A stretch of 64,000 nucleotides of DNA, taken from NCBI RefSeq assembly GCF_006345805.1, contig NC_042998.1:176948001-177012000 (forward strand). The letters run 5' to 3'. The position numbers and the translations under genes were made by a program. Source of the DNA: Octopus sinensis (Eukaryota). The notes under the pieces are model-generated. The model saw nothing but the letters and a program-made list of their open reading frames with translations. It made no database searches and was not told the DNA's origin. Shown here one piece after another: positions 12,231 to 25,204 of this stretch (position 1 is its first letter; every line of letters starts with the position of its first letter).

Positions 12231-12825
12231 AACACACACGCACACACATGCACACATCCATTCAGACATATATACGGCCCTTGCACATTAACACACACAC
12301 ACATATCCATTCACATATTCATACAGATGCATAGACACACATACACACACGTCCACACTCACACACTTGCGCACGCACACACTCGCACACACGCACACAC
12401 ACACACACACACGCCTGCACACACACACACGCACGCACAGTTCACATAAATGATTTTATCCTTTTATTCATTTTAGCCATGCGGCTGCGGCCATGCTGGA
12501 GCACCAACCACCAAGTTATATATACAGCTCTAGAAACCCGGGCAAGCTTTTTCGAGAAGCGGGTCACACGAGACATGGTTCATCATGAGGTGGGCCGCAC
12601 TACTAAAAAGATCCAAGCGATTTTTCGTTGGGCGGGCCGCAGTTTGCTCATGAATGCTACAAGCACATTTATGCTCATACTGTCTTACCATTGTTGCAAA
12701 GATTACTGAAGATCGCAGGAATGGAAACATAGCATGCAGAGAAGGATCACTCAGTGCGGATCATGGTTTACACCAAAGTAGAGAAAATAACAAAAGAAGA
12801 ACTTGAAAAAGGAAAGAAAGAAAAT

Positions 12826-12873
<48 letters not shown>

Positions 12874-12939
12874 AGGAGCTCAACATTGACTTCTTGCACA
12901 TGGGCAATCTCTTAACAGAAGATGACCACAAATAGATCC

Positions 12940-13375
12940 TAGGCTGTGTGGTAAGAACCTTGCTTCCCAATCACATGATTCCGAGTTCAGTCCGACTGCG
13001 TAGCACCTTGGACAAATGTCTTTTACTATAACTTCGGACCAACCAAACCCTTCTGAATGCATTTGGTAGACCGAAATTGAAAGAAGCCCGTCCTATGTAT
13101 GAGTGTGCGTGTGTGCATGTGTATGTGTGTGTGCATGTGTATGTGTGTGTGCGTGTGCGGATTTGTCATTGTGTCTGTGTTTATCCACCACCACTACCAC
13201 CACCGCTTGACAACCGGTGTTGGTGTGTAACCCAGCGCTTGAGCAAAAGACACCGATAGAATAAGTACCAAGCTTAAAACGAAAATAAGTACTAGTGCCA
13301 ATTCATTCGACTAATAAGTTCTTCAAGGCGGTGCCCCAGCATGGCCGCAGCCTAATGACTGAAACAAGTAAAAGG
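12940..13375 (+). mobile_element. SINE family A
   Basis: Head, internal (TG)n and tail GACTGAAACAAGTAAAAG. Confidence 0.8.
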
Positions 13376-13569
13376 TATCTAAAAGAGTATAAATTTATAT
13401 CAAGAGAGTCTCTTGATATGTCCGAAATAGCAGAAAAATTCCTTTAAATCACACCCTATCTTTTTTTTAAAATGAGGGACACATTGGCTAATATCGTGTT
13501 AATTATACGTACGGCAACACCATTGTCGAAATCAAGAGCGGAATCGCTTACTGTAAACGACATTCAGGC

Positions 13570-13712
13570 CGGATTACAAAAGAACGCTGAGACCGGTGTA
13601 GTGCTGCGCAAGGTAACTATTTCGAAAGAGATGATGTTAAAACTTAGGTAAAATAAGTTATTTTTTTTTATTAAATATAACTTGCCCGGGAACTTTTTGA
13701 TATCAGCTTGTA
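13570..13712 (+). mobile_element. Mariner right-end remnant (related remnant at 14262-14323)
   Basis: R*DRCSAAQGNYFERD resembles a mariner C-terminus; a TIR-like GGAACTTTTTGAT..GTA follows. Confidence 0.55.
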
Positions 13713-13734
13713 TGTATTTACGTGTGTGTGTGTG

Positions 13735-13784
<50 letters not shown>

Positions 13785-13794
13785 GTGTGAGTGT

Positions 13795-13848
<54 letters not shown>

Positions 13849-14654
13849 CCTTTTAGTAGAAGGCAGGCAACTTCCAGTAATTAGAATATTTGGAAAACTC
13901 CCTTGGAGATGAAACAACCTCAATCATTACGAATTAACTGATTAAAATATATTCTTAAATTTCAGACAAGAGAAATAGTCTCATTGATGGGACTTGAACC
14001 ACATAGCTATTTCTCATTAGGTACCATGTTACTGGTTATACTATGGAGTGCGTATAACATTTCTTCCTAACATAGTTCACGGAATCATTACTGAGGTAGG
14101 ATACATTACTATGTTGGATATTAGTTGAATAATCTGTCCCAGTATGAAGTGGCTGACAAGACATCATGTGACAGGATTCATGACTCTAGCAGAGCTGTTC
14201 ATGTCCAATTTCAGTAACCACTATAATCACTTTATGACACAATTTAATTGTGTTCTACATAGATAAATAAGTTATTTTTTAATTGAACATAACTAGTCAG
14301 GGAACTCTTTGATACTACCTCGTAGTCAATAAACCTTAGGTGTGACCAAACAGCAAGTTCCGGCTGGCCGCGATTCACCAACCGGCGTTCTCCATAATCG
14401 AGTCGAGAACATTCTGCGATACGCTTTTAATCTCGACAACGGTGTAGTCGTATGTATATTTAGGACGATATTAGCTAATGTGTCCCTCATTTTAAAAAGA
14501 TAGGGTGTGATTTAAGGGTAATTTTTTTAGCTATTTCAGACATCCTTTCGATCCTTGAATACAAAACGTGGCTCGCGAAACTTCCATTCGGGTGATTTTC
14601 CCAAGTTACCATCTCACCCTTGCAAACCAATCCGTCACAAGGTTATCCGTTTTC

Positions 14655-14787
14655 ATCTGGGTGAACTGGAGCAACGTGAAATAAAGTGTTTTGCTCAAGG
14701 ACACAAAGCACAGCCGGTTCAGAAATCGAAACTATAATCTTCCGGTCGTGTGTGCAGTACCCAAACCACTAGGTCACGGGCCTTCAC
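14655..14787 (-). mobile_element. SINE family D, 5' part
   Basis: Similar to the head and core of 22789-23052. Confidence 0.6.
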
Positions 14788-15215
14788 AAATATACATAAA
14801 GACCAGTTGGCCATGGCTGGAAACGTCTTCGATCACAGGCCTGCTCATTCAGAACTGATCTGCAACAAAACAGGAAATACATTCGTGCATCCATACACAT
14901 TTTGGCGAACTTGGTTTTTGTGACAGTCTGGAAAAGCTTGCGCTTTTTTTAACAAAAGAAATCAAGAGTTAACATACACCTTACAAATACAGTCTGTAAA
15001 AAGGAAACAGTGAGAAAATGCAAAACTTCTTTCTTCAAGTCCAAAACGTGACATTACTTTCGTTATCTACATTTCAAAGACGGAACTGTATATCTTCGTT
15101 AGAAACCAGCCCCTTCCTTACAGGAAAACTTCATATAATTGGAACAGAAGAGACCATATATACATATATAAATACATACAAATGTGCATGTATACATACA
15201 TTTATATACGTACAA

Positions 15216-15438
15216 AGGCGGCGAGCTGGCAGAAACGTTAGCACGCTGGGCGAAATCCGTAGCTGTATTTCGTCTGCCGTTACGTTCTGAGTTCAAATTC
15301 CGCCAAGGTCGACTTTGCCTTTCATCCTTTCGGGGTCGACAAATTAAGTACCAGTTACGCACTGGGGTCGACGTAATCCGTTTGTCTGTCCTTATTTGTC
15401 CCCTCTGTGTGTAACCCCTTGTGGGTAGTAAAGAAATA
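15216..15438 (+). mobile_element. SINE family B
   Basis: GGCGGCGAGCTGGCAGAAACG..GAGTTCAAATTCC..GGGTAGTAAAGAAATA. Confidence 0.85.
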
Positions 15439-15507
15439 TATATACGTACAAACGTATATGTATAACTTCATAGTTAAAGCATATAAAGAGAGTCGTAAAC
15501 AGAAAAA

Positions 15508-15546
15508 TAGATAGATAGAAAGACAGGCAGACAGACAGATAGATAA

Positions 15547-15615
<69 letters not shown>

Positions 15616-15628
15616 CAGATAGATAGAC

Positions 15629-15659
<31 letters not shown>

Positions 15660-15668
15660 CAGATAGAC

Positions 15669-15723
<55 letters not shown>

Positions 15724-15740
15724 CAGATAGACTGATAGAC

Positions 15741-15827
<87 letters not shown>

Positions 15828-15878
15828 CAGATAGATAGATAGACAGTTAGATAGATCGATAGACAGACAGACAGATAA
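15508..15878. repeat. (GATA)n/(GACA)n microsatellite
   Basis: Direct inspection. Confidence 0.95.
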
Positions 15879-16059
15879 GAACATAAAAAATATTTAGTAT
15901 AAACACGTTATATAAAATATTGATCGTGTAAATTTGGCTCAATTTTATGTCGCTGACTTTATCGTCGCGTCTAATCAACCGTACTCTAATGATAAAAGAT
16001 TGACAGCGAACTCGTAGTTTCGGCTTATTTATTTTCGTTTGACACATATATAATTATAT

Positions 16060-16590
16060 ATATAGACACATATATACATGTATACATATTCATGTATGTA
16101 GGTATGTATGAATATGTGTGTCTATATGTATGTACATATACATACATGCATACATACATGCATACATACATACATACAACCATACATACATACATACATG
16201 CATGCATGCATACATGCATACATTCATACATACATACGTACGCACGTACATGCATACATACAAACACATACATACATTCATTCATTCATACACACATACG
16301 TACATACGTACGTATATGCATACATACAAACACATACATTCATTCATTCATACACACATACATACATACATACATACATACATACATACATACATACATA
16401 CATGCATGCATACATACATACATTCATACATACATACATACGTACGTACGTACATGCATACATACAAACACATACATACATTCATTCATTTATTCATACA
16501 CACATACATACATACACACATACATACATACATACATACATACATACATACATACATACATACATACATACATACATACATACATACATA
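16060..16590. repeat. (CATA)n compound microsatellite
   Basis: Direct inspection; contiguous with the tail of the LINE at 16591. Confidence 0.95.
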
Positions 16591-16950
16591 GTAACTGCTT
16601 TCTCGTGTACGTGCAAAGCCATTACGAGAAAGAATCACTGAAATGAGTAATTAACGATGCAATGTGAGGCCCTTGTATGACTCTTGAGCTCGGCAAAAGA
16701 TTTGCACATTCTATTACATAATGCACAGCTGTGTTGGCTGACTGCATGAACAGGTACCACAGTATAAATTCTTTTGACATGCCTTGTTAATCTTCTATCT
16801 GAAAGGCACACCTTTCCACAGGTTGCACACATTTTGTTGTGAACAATACCCATATCATAATTTACAATGGGTTGATTACTGTGAGTTCTTTGATGGCTGA
16901 CCAGGTCTCCACGACTGAAGCAATTCCCTCCATCAAATCACACACATAAA
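16591..16950 (-). mobile_element. RTE/BovB-like LINE 3' end encoding three C2H2-like zinc fingers
   Basis: CFSRGDLVSHQRTH / CATCGKVCLSDRRLTRH / CALCNRMCKSFAELKSH. A 3' hairpin CTTTCTCGT..ACGAGAAAG precedes an (ATGT)n tail. Confidence 0.7.
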
Positions 16951-17929
16951 AAGAAACACTCCCTCATTTTCCACAGGTTCATTCTTTCAAATCTTTCACG
17001 TACATACATGCATTCATACATACACATATACGATTGATTTCGACTTGGGCAGGAGACATTGCCTAGGGTGCAAAATCTGCCGTATAGTGATCTCGAACTT
17101 GGATCCACGAGATTACGAAGCGAAATTTTGAGCCACTCAGCAATGATTGTACCCAAACGTTTCGCAGCCATATTGGATTGTTAAGACGATCGATCATTCG
17201 CAATATCTTCCTTATTAAATTCTGCTTAAGAGAAGTCAAATCTATTTTTACTGAACGCGTTAAACTATAAAATATTGTACGAACTTTGACGGTAATTAAC
17301 AGGAGACTTAATTAACAGATATTATTTAGGTCTTCTTGATCAAGCTTGACCTAGCCCGGGTGGGGGGCGGAGCTAAACAGCAGCAGCAGCAACAACAACA
17401 ACGGTAGCAGCAGTAATGAAAAGAACAACAGCATCAACAATAGCAGTAACTGCTGCTGCTGTTGCTGCTGCTGTTGCTGCTGCTGCTGTTGCTGCTGCTG
17501 CTGTTGCTGCTGCTGCTGCATCAACAACAACAAAAGCAAAAGCGACAATAAAACAGCAGCAGCAGCAACAAAAGAAACAAAAACAGCAGCAGTATCAGCA
17601 GCAGCATCACCACCACCACCACCACCACTTACAGCAGCAGCATCACCACCACCACCACCACCACTTACAGCAGCAGCATCACCACCACCACCACCACCAC
17701 TTACAGCAGCGCCAGTAAGCAATAGCAACAGTTGCAGCAACAGCAACAGTGCCAACAACAGCAGCAGCAGCAGTTACAGCAACAACAGTTGCAGCAACGA
17801 CAGTAGCAACAAAAACAAGAACATCTACAATAGCAGCAGCAGTAGCAGCAGCAGTAACATCATACGTTGTTGCCAAGAATGTGACAGAAAGGAAAATGAA
17901 AACCCTCGTCTTTCATCGATATCAGGTAC

Positions 17930-18417
17930 CACCGTCGCCGCCATCATCGCCTCCGCCATCGTCGCCTCCGCCATCGTCGCCTCCGCCATCGTCACCTCCG
18001 CCATCGTCGCCTCCGCCATCGTCGCCTCCAGCATCGTCGCCTCCAGCATCGTCGCCTCCGCCATCGTCACCTCCAGCATCGTCGCCTCCGCCATCGTCGC
18101 CTCCAGCATCGTCGCCTCCGCCATCGTCGCCTCCAGCATCGTCGCCTCCGCCATCGTCGCCTCCAGCATCGTCGCCTCCGCCATCGTCACCTCCAGCATC
18201 GTCGCTTCCGCCATCGTCGCCTCCAGCATCGTCGCCTCCGCCATCGTCACTTCCAGCATCGTCGCCTCCGCCATCGTCGTCTCCAGCATCGTCGCCTCCA
18301 GCATCGTCGCCTCCGCCATCGTCGTCTCCGCCATCGTCGTCTCCGCCATCGTCGCCTCCAGCATCGTCGCCTCCGCCATCGTCGCCTCCGCCATCGTCGC
18401 CTCCGCCATCGTCACCG
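17930..18417. repeat. GC-rich 15-bp minisatellite (about 32 units, CCATCGTCGCCTCCG / GCATCGTCGCCTCCA)
   Basis: Direct periodicity. Confidence 0.95.
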
Positions 18418-18676
18418 CTGCTGCTATTGCAGCTCGTAACACAAGGTGCATTAATAATGATGTCAAATTTTAGCACAAGTCTAGTAATTTGGAGCGGTTA
18501 GTCAATACCATTGAACCCAGTTCTTGATTGGTACTTTATTTTATCGACTCTGCTGCGACTTGAACACAAAACGCAAAGAACCGGAAGAAATACCACAAAG
18601 CATCAACAAAAGCAGTTGTAACAACAACAATAACAAAAAAAAATGTTTTCTTCATAAGCCACAATATCATGTAGAG

Positions 18677-18935
18677 CAATGGTTCTCAACCATTTTTTGC
18701 CTATAGACCCCTTTGATTCCTATTTTACTCGGGTGAACCCTCATAGATATTCGATGTTTAAAAGAAACCTTATTGTATATTTAGAATTAAGTATTATCAG
18801 GAATTGTATTTAAATGATTGACAAAATATTTTGTGTATTGTGAAAGTTGTAACCAATTTATTTTACGTAAATTTTGACAACAAAACCTTATATGGACCCC
18901 TAAAGGGTCATATGGACCTTGTTTGAGAACCACTG
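18677..18935. mobile_element. hAT (Charlie-like) MITE
   Basis: TIRs CAATGGTTCTCAA / TTGAGAACCACTG with an 8-bp TSD ATGTAGAG. Confidence 0.85.
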
Positions 18936-18943
18936 ATGTAGAG

Positions 18944-19360
18944 CAATGGTCCTCAACCGGAGTCCGTATGGCTCTTGTGGGGCCATAAAAATTCCATGCA
19001 AGCAAAATACTATGGCCCCAAAAGGGCCATATAAAATTTTGTGGAGTCCAGAAACAAATTGGTAAAATGAGTATTTATGGAGATGTTTTAGGATTCCATG
19101 AAAACATTTCGCTTTAGACGTATTTATTTCAAGAAACAACAGGGTTTCGTTCGCTAATGCTTAACTTAGTTCAATAAGTCTCTGGTCACTGATTCATGTT
19201 CTTTTAGTGAATACTGTTGCAAACCTACACAAGTGATTGTGTGAACAAAATAGGGATTTTGAAAGAAATATCTATAAAATTGAATGGCTATGGGGGTCCA
19301 CTAGTGTAAAATGGTAATCAAAGGGGTCTTTAGATGAAAAAATAGGCTGGGAGAAATTCA
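18944..19360. mobile_element. Related, older hAT MITE in the opposite orientation
   Basis: Starts CAATGGTCCTCAACC. Its right end matches the reverse complement of the left end of the 18677 copy. Confidence 0.6.
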
Positions 19361-19522
19361 GACGAGGGAAGGGATTCGTTATATAATATATTATCGATCT
19401 CAGGACTAATTTGTTATCTTATTTTATTGACACCGGAGGGAAGAAAGGAAAACTTGGTATTGGAATGCGCAAAACGGGAAGAAATATCGCAGAGCATTTT
19501 TCCGATGCTTTGATGATTCTGG

Positions 19523-19716
19523 GGTAGGCTGTACGACATTTGTATACCAACTGCGAAGCCGCATCGTAGAGAGAGACGGGACCATTAGAAGCAGAGGATG
19601 TGCGAAGGCTGGAAAGATATAAAGTTAACGTTATCTGTTGGATGTTTAATGTCAGTGCGCATGGGCAAAGAGGTACAGTTGAGCAGAGGCAAAAAATGGG
19701 TATAAGAGAATAGTGC
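19523..19716 (+). mobile_element. Decayed RTE-like LINE fragment
   Basis: RLYDICI..ET..AEDVRRLER..WMFNVS..KMGIR. Confidence 0.6.
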
Positions 19717-20477
19717 TGATTTCTATTATTCATATAAGACCTGTATTTTTATGACATAGGGTTAGTCCTTCTATATAACCATTGTATATTTTATCGAGTC
19801 CGGAAAGGTTTAAAGCAAAGGCGACTTTGGTGAGGTTTACCATCAGACTGTCAAGGGACGTAAGCATGTATTTACAGCAGGGCATTTAATACAACATTAC
19901 CGATTGAGCCATTTCACAACCCTTATATTGATTAAAATATAAATAACAATAACAATGTAATAACTTATTATTAGGGCGTAATGTAGTGTATATCAAGAAC
20001 TAAATATCATCGTGGTTGATATTAAATGTAAAAGAGTAAGTTTAAATTTATAATGTTTGATGTATAAATCATTTCATGAAAGTGTTTCATATGAAGCTTT
20101 TACAATGAGTATTGTGTAGTTCCACCTTTAAAACTGTTTACCATCCTTATGATATTGGTTTGATATATTAAACTTCTGATATTGCGCCGTTCAATATATT
20201 GCACGTTAAGAAAAAAAAAAAAAAAAAGAAAAAAAGAAACTATATATTCAGAATATATTTAGTTCTTCAATTTTTTTTTGTTTGTTTTCTTTCTCAGTTA
20301 AAGTTTCATAAATTACTTCGAAATTTTCATTTCTTTCTTTTATTTTCAAGTGGATTTCTTTTTTAAATTTATGTCTTTTGAACTTCCATATATATTAAGT
20401 TAAGATACACACACACACACACACACATACACGCACGCACACATATTTATATATATATATATTTATATGTATGTATA

Positions 20478-20532
<55 letters not shown>

Positions 20533-21245
20533 GTATGTATGTATGTATGCATATACATGTGTGTGTGTATTCTATGCGATGTGCTATTTTTGGAGATATT
20601 TCAAAGTTTTATTTTCAATAGAGTGGATGTATTTCTAATTTATTCAAAGCATATCATTCATTTTCTTTTTTACTCATACTTTCTTTCTTTTTTTAATTTC
20701 TTCCCTTTCCATTCATTCTCGTGGCAATATCGATGATTCAGTTCTTTAGATTATATATATACATAGATAGAGTTAATCAGTTCAAGCATCGTATCAAACC
20801 ATAAATATGTCTCGTAATTCGGATTTTTGCTGCATCAAGGTAATGAGGTACATTTTAATGCTACTTGGCTAGAGTGATATTTAGTCTATCTCACATAACA
20901 TTTCCTAGAAAGCATGCTAGCTGTTCCTCAAACCTAGATGAACTGAGGTAATGTAGACGTAAATGTCTTGCTTAATGTAGTAGAATATAAACAAACAATA
21001 CATGAATTTGACAAATATCTCATTTATTTAACCATTTCTGTTCTAAAAATACAGGACCGGATTCGGAAGAGAAATTATTCATAGAAAAATTATTCAAATT
21101 GTCTTGAAAACACTAATGCCCCCAACTGTTGTCGGATAATGTTGGCGTGGTAATTTCTAGTGTTGTTGCTATTGTGTTCTTGTTATGGTTGTTGTTGTTG
21201 CGCTGGTATACCAAAAAAGGTTGAATGCCAGATTAAATATCTTTC

Positions 21246-21685
21246 GGATCTTTTCGGTTTGAACGGCAGTCTTTTCTAGCGGTGTCATATGAAATTGTCA
21301 CCCATAATTTTGACCCTAGTATCAATCTATTGCATTTCAATCTAATTTAGGGTTAGATAGGATTAGGGTAAGGGTTAGGTGTGGGGGGAAGGGTATATTT
21401 TTTTCTTCACAAATGTAAATAAACTCAATCTGTTTCTTAAACGAGGGACATATTCATACGGCACAGAATGCTTTTTTTTTACCTCAATAGACGTCATTGA
21501 TTGGTTGAAATTGCAGAAATTGAAGAAAAAAAACAACAAATATCTTACAAACTATAGAATTTTCTCAATAAAGCCAAGAGAAAAAGATGTTTTATAAACA
21601 CATTCTACCAGTATACGAAGTTTAAAAAGTGTTTTAGTTACCTAGAAATTATATTAAAAAACTGCCGTTCAAACCGAAAAGATCC
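21246..21685. mobile_element. MITE with GGATC termini and 8-bp TSD (Merlin-like), copy 1
   Basis: TIR GGATCTTTTCGGTTTGAACGGCAGT; TSD TATCTTTC. Confidence 0.9.
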
Positions 21686-21709
21686 TATCTTTCAATATTC
21701 AGCTAGGTT

Positions 21710-21905
21710 AAGGTGGTGAGCTGGCACGCCGGGCAAAATGCTTAGCTGTATTTCGCCTGTCATTACGGGCGAAATTTTGCCGAGGTCGACTTTGCTTTTC
21801 ATCTTTTGGGGTCGATGAAGTAAGTACCAGTTAAGCACTGGGGTCGATATAATCGACTTACCTCTACTCCAAAATTGCTGGCCTTGTTCCAAAATTTGAA
21901 ACCAA
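21710..21905 (+). mobile_element. SINE family B variant
   Basis: Head and core motif present. Confidence 0.7.
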
Positions 21906-21943
21906 TATTTAGCTAGCTTTTTTTAAAATTTTTATTACGATGT

Positions 21944-22330
21944 GATGGAAGCACTCCGTCGGTTACGACGACGAGGGTTCCGGTTGATCCGAATCAACGG
22001 AACAGCCTCCTCGTGAAATTAACGTGTAAGTGGCTGAGTACTCCACAGACACGTGTACCCTTAACGTAGTTCTCGGGGATATTCAGCGTGACACAGAGAG
22101 TGACAAGGCCGGACCTTTGAAATACAAGTACAACAGAAACAGGAAGTAAGAGTGAGAGAAAGTTGTGGTGAAAGAGTATAGCAGGGATCACCACCATCCC
22201 CTGCCGCAGCCTCGTGGAGCTTTAGGTGTTTTCGCTCAATAAACACTCACAAGGCCCGGTCTGGGAATCGAAACCGCGATCCTATGACCGCGAATCCGCT
22301 GCCCTAACCACTGGGCCATTGCGCCTCCAC
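21944..22330 (-). mobile_element. tRNA-derived SINE family C, copy 1
   Basis: Head GGAGGCGCAATGGCCCAGTGGTTAGG..GGTTTCGATTCCC; TSD ATTACGATGT. Confidence 0.92.
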
Positions 22331-22788
22331 ATTACGATGTACATGCATAGCAAGTGACCTGATTTGAGATCGCGTGCTGAAACAAAAACAATTGCAGCGC
22401 GGAAGGTGTTTATAAGCCATTTAAAAGCACAAAAACTGTTAGATTCACTTCAACATTTAAATTTAATTTGCCAAAATATTTTCGTCGCGACCTGTTCACT
22501 GGCAAAATTCGTGCTGCATCTCTTTGTTGTTGTTGCTTTTTTATCATTACTTTCTGATTATTGTTTATCTTGGTTTCATTTTGTCTTTCACCTTTTAGGG
22601 GTCAATAAATAATCTAACAATTATATACTTGACTCGATTGAATCAATTATGTTGTTTCCCTCCATAGATTGAATTCCCCTGCCAATTCTAGACGTAACAG
22701 TTATTATTGCTTATAACTACCGTACAATATCATGTCTTTCGACCCTGCAAATAGATAGTGATTTTATAAGTCTATAAAATGCAGACGT

Positions 22789-23052
22789 GTAGGCGCGTAG
22801 CTTAGTGGTTAGGGTGTCAGCATCATGATCGTAAGATTGTGGTTTCGATTCTTGGACCGGGCGACGCGTTGTGTTCTTAAGCAAAACACTTCATTTCACG
22901 TTGCTACAGTCCACTCAACTGGCAAAAATGAGTAACGCTGCGATGGACTGGCGTCCCGTCCAGCTCGGGAACAAATACGTCATTGAAACCGGGGAAACCG
23001 GGTCCATGAGCCTGGCTAGGCTTTAAAAGGGCGAATTTATTTATTTTTTTAT
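22789..23052 (+). mobile_element. tRNA-derived SINE family D (V-domain-like CTGCGATGGACTGGCG)
   Basis: A/B boxes present; 16-bp TSD TATAAAATGYAGACGT. Confidence 0.88.
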
Positions 23053-23581
23053 TATAAAATGTAGACGTAAAACGAAAGTTTACATAATGGTTCACGACAA
23101 GAATTTATTTTTGAAAACAACGGAACACAAGTTTACATGTATATCACGATAGATAGACATTTTAATGGCTGTTTACAGTTAGCGTGCTGTTTTACAAAAT
23201 GACGATCATTCAAGGTCAATAAATATTAAAAGTAGTTATTCGTTGAAAAGCAGGTGGCCATCGAAAATTGGTAATGAAGTGTCTGTTGGTGAAAAAAAAC
23301 AAAACAGTAAGGAAAGGATAAAAAAGAACCACACAGTTTGAACGGACGGAGAAAAACCAAAAACAAAAACACTGTCCGCAGCTATAACAACAGAAAAGAG
23401 TATCGTCGTTGTCGACCCTGCGGTGCAGAGAAGATAATAATTTACATTTTTATTTGAAAACTTACTCCCTGCAATGTCAGGATATTGGACGGCTAAACGG
23501 AGCCTACCTTCAAAGTGATGCGGAGAAATACTAGACTCAATGAACTTTGTTGACATCGGAAAAGATTTTGTAAATTTTACC

Positions 23582-23860
23582 AGGCGCAGGCGTGGTGTGT
23601 GGAAAGAAACTTGCTTCCCAACCACGTGGTTCCAGGTTCAATCCCACTGCGTGGCACCTTGGGCAAGTGTTTTCCGCTATAGCTTCGGGCGGACCAAAGC
23701 TTTGTGAGTGAATTTGGTAGATGGAAACACATACATATAAGAGGTCAATGGAATAAGTACCGGGCTTAAAAAATAAGTATTGGGGCCGATTCATTCCACT
23801 AAAAATTTAAGGTGGTGCCCCAATATGGCCGCAGTCTAATGGCTGAAACAAGTAAAAGAT
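23582..23860 (+). mobile_element. SINE family A, internally deleted
   Basis: Head and tail motifs present. Confidence 0.75.
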
Positions 23861-24051
23861 ATGATAAATTATGATAATTGAATGAATCTGAATAATTTAT
23901 ATCGACACCAAAACACAAATGAAAAGAATCAGTGAGAAATACGACCAACACTAAGACTTCAATTTTTGTCAACTGGCTTTCTCCGCAACTTCTTTGATGT
24001 AGTATTTAATATCACCAAAATGAAAAATAAGCAAATACACAGTTATCAAAA

Positions 24052-24400
24052 ACTAGCAGCATAGCCCGGCATTTCCCGGGTATGTAAGAGCCCCTGGAGC
24101 AGACATGATGCTCGCTGTGAATTTTTAAAAAATTCCTGCCAATTTGAGAAAGATATTGTCGAAAATATGTCATCTTGAATTTGAACGCAATTTCCCAAAA
24201 TGGCATGATTTTATCGATTTTTCTCAGAACTGGGGGAACTTTTCAAAATTTTCGCTGCGTTAGTTTTGAATTATGACATTGGGCTATGTGTGTGTCAAGT
24301 TTCATCAGAATCGGTTGAAAGCCGTGGTCAGGGTGAGGGTACAACCTGACAGACACACAGACACACAGACAGACAAACTGCCGTTTATATAGAGAGAGAT
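24052..24400 (+). mobile_element. Non-autonomous Helitron/Helentron-like element (Lep1/DINE-1-like)
   Basis: 5' ACTAG..CCCGG..CCGGG hairpin, AAGTTTCATCAGAATCGG, (CAGA)n and a TTTATATAG end. Confidence 0.65.
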
Positions 24401-24507
24401 AACTGGGAAGCGAGGTATCCCGACAGACGCAAGCATACGTTCTAATTTTTATATATAAATATCTCGTCTCAATTATAGTGTTTTATCATCTTTCTTATTC
24501 ATTCCGT

Positions 24508-24919
24508 GGATCTTTTCGGTTTGAACGGCAGTTTTTTCTAGCGGTGTCATATGAAATTGTCACCCATAATTATGACCCTAGTATCAATCTATTGCATTTC
24601 AATCTGTTTTAGGGTTAGGGTTAGGGGTCGGGGGGAAGGGTATCTTTTTTTCTTCACAAATGTAAATCTGTTTCTTAAACGAGGGACATATTCATACGGC
24701 ACAGAATGTTTTTTTACCTCAATGGACGTCATTGATTGGTTGAAATTGCAGAAATTGAAGGAAAAAAAGCAACAAATATCTTACAAACTATAGAATTTTC
24801 TCAATAAAGCCAAGAGAAAAAGATGTTTTATAAACACATCCTACCAGTATACGAAGTTTAAAATCTTTTAGTTACCTAGAAATTATGTTAAAAAACTGCC
24901 GTTCAAACCGAAAAGATCC
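24508..24919. mobile_element. GGATC MITE, copy 2
   Basis: Same TIRs; TSD CATTCCGT; internal TTAGGG repeats. Confidence 0.9.
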
Positions 24920-24932
24920 CATTCCGTATATA

Positions 24933-25073
24933 TTAGGTTGTCCCAAAAGTTCGTAAACACTTACGAAAATTGAATTTTTACTCGCCAAGTACTAACAAAA
25001 ACAACAAAAATTATTCCTCAAAATAAAGACCATTATTTTCCAAGACTTTCTACGAACTTTTGGGACAACCTTA
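24933..25073. mobile_element. 141-bp Tc1/mariner MITE
   Basis: TIR AGGTTGTCCCAAAAGTTCGTA with TA flanks. Confidence 0.85.
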
Positions 25074-25204
25074 TATCTTCATGCTTTATAAACATGTCAA
25101 TAATATATTATATAGTTATAAAATTAATTACTAGCACAGACACAGTAATTCGTTTTACATCCATAATGTACTACCCAGTATATTACAGATTTACAACGAA
25201 TGTA

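Noticed and set aside
17749-18501. 250-aa extensin-like SSPPP ORF
   Set aside because: The 15-bp repeat is open on both strands, has no wobble-type variation and lacks a convincing start or splice context.
22260-22330. tRNA genes at SINE heads (also 22789 and 25520)
   Set aside because: Each continues into a SINE body enclosed by TSDs.
24608-24636. Telomere or chromosome-fusion scar
   Set aside because: Only a few units, located inside a TSD-flanked MITE present twice.
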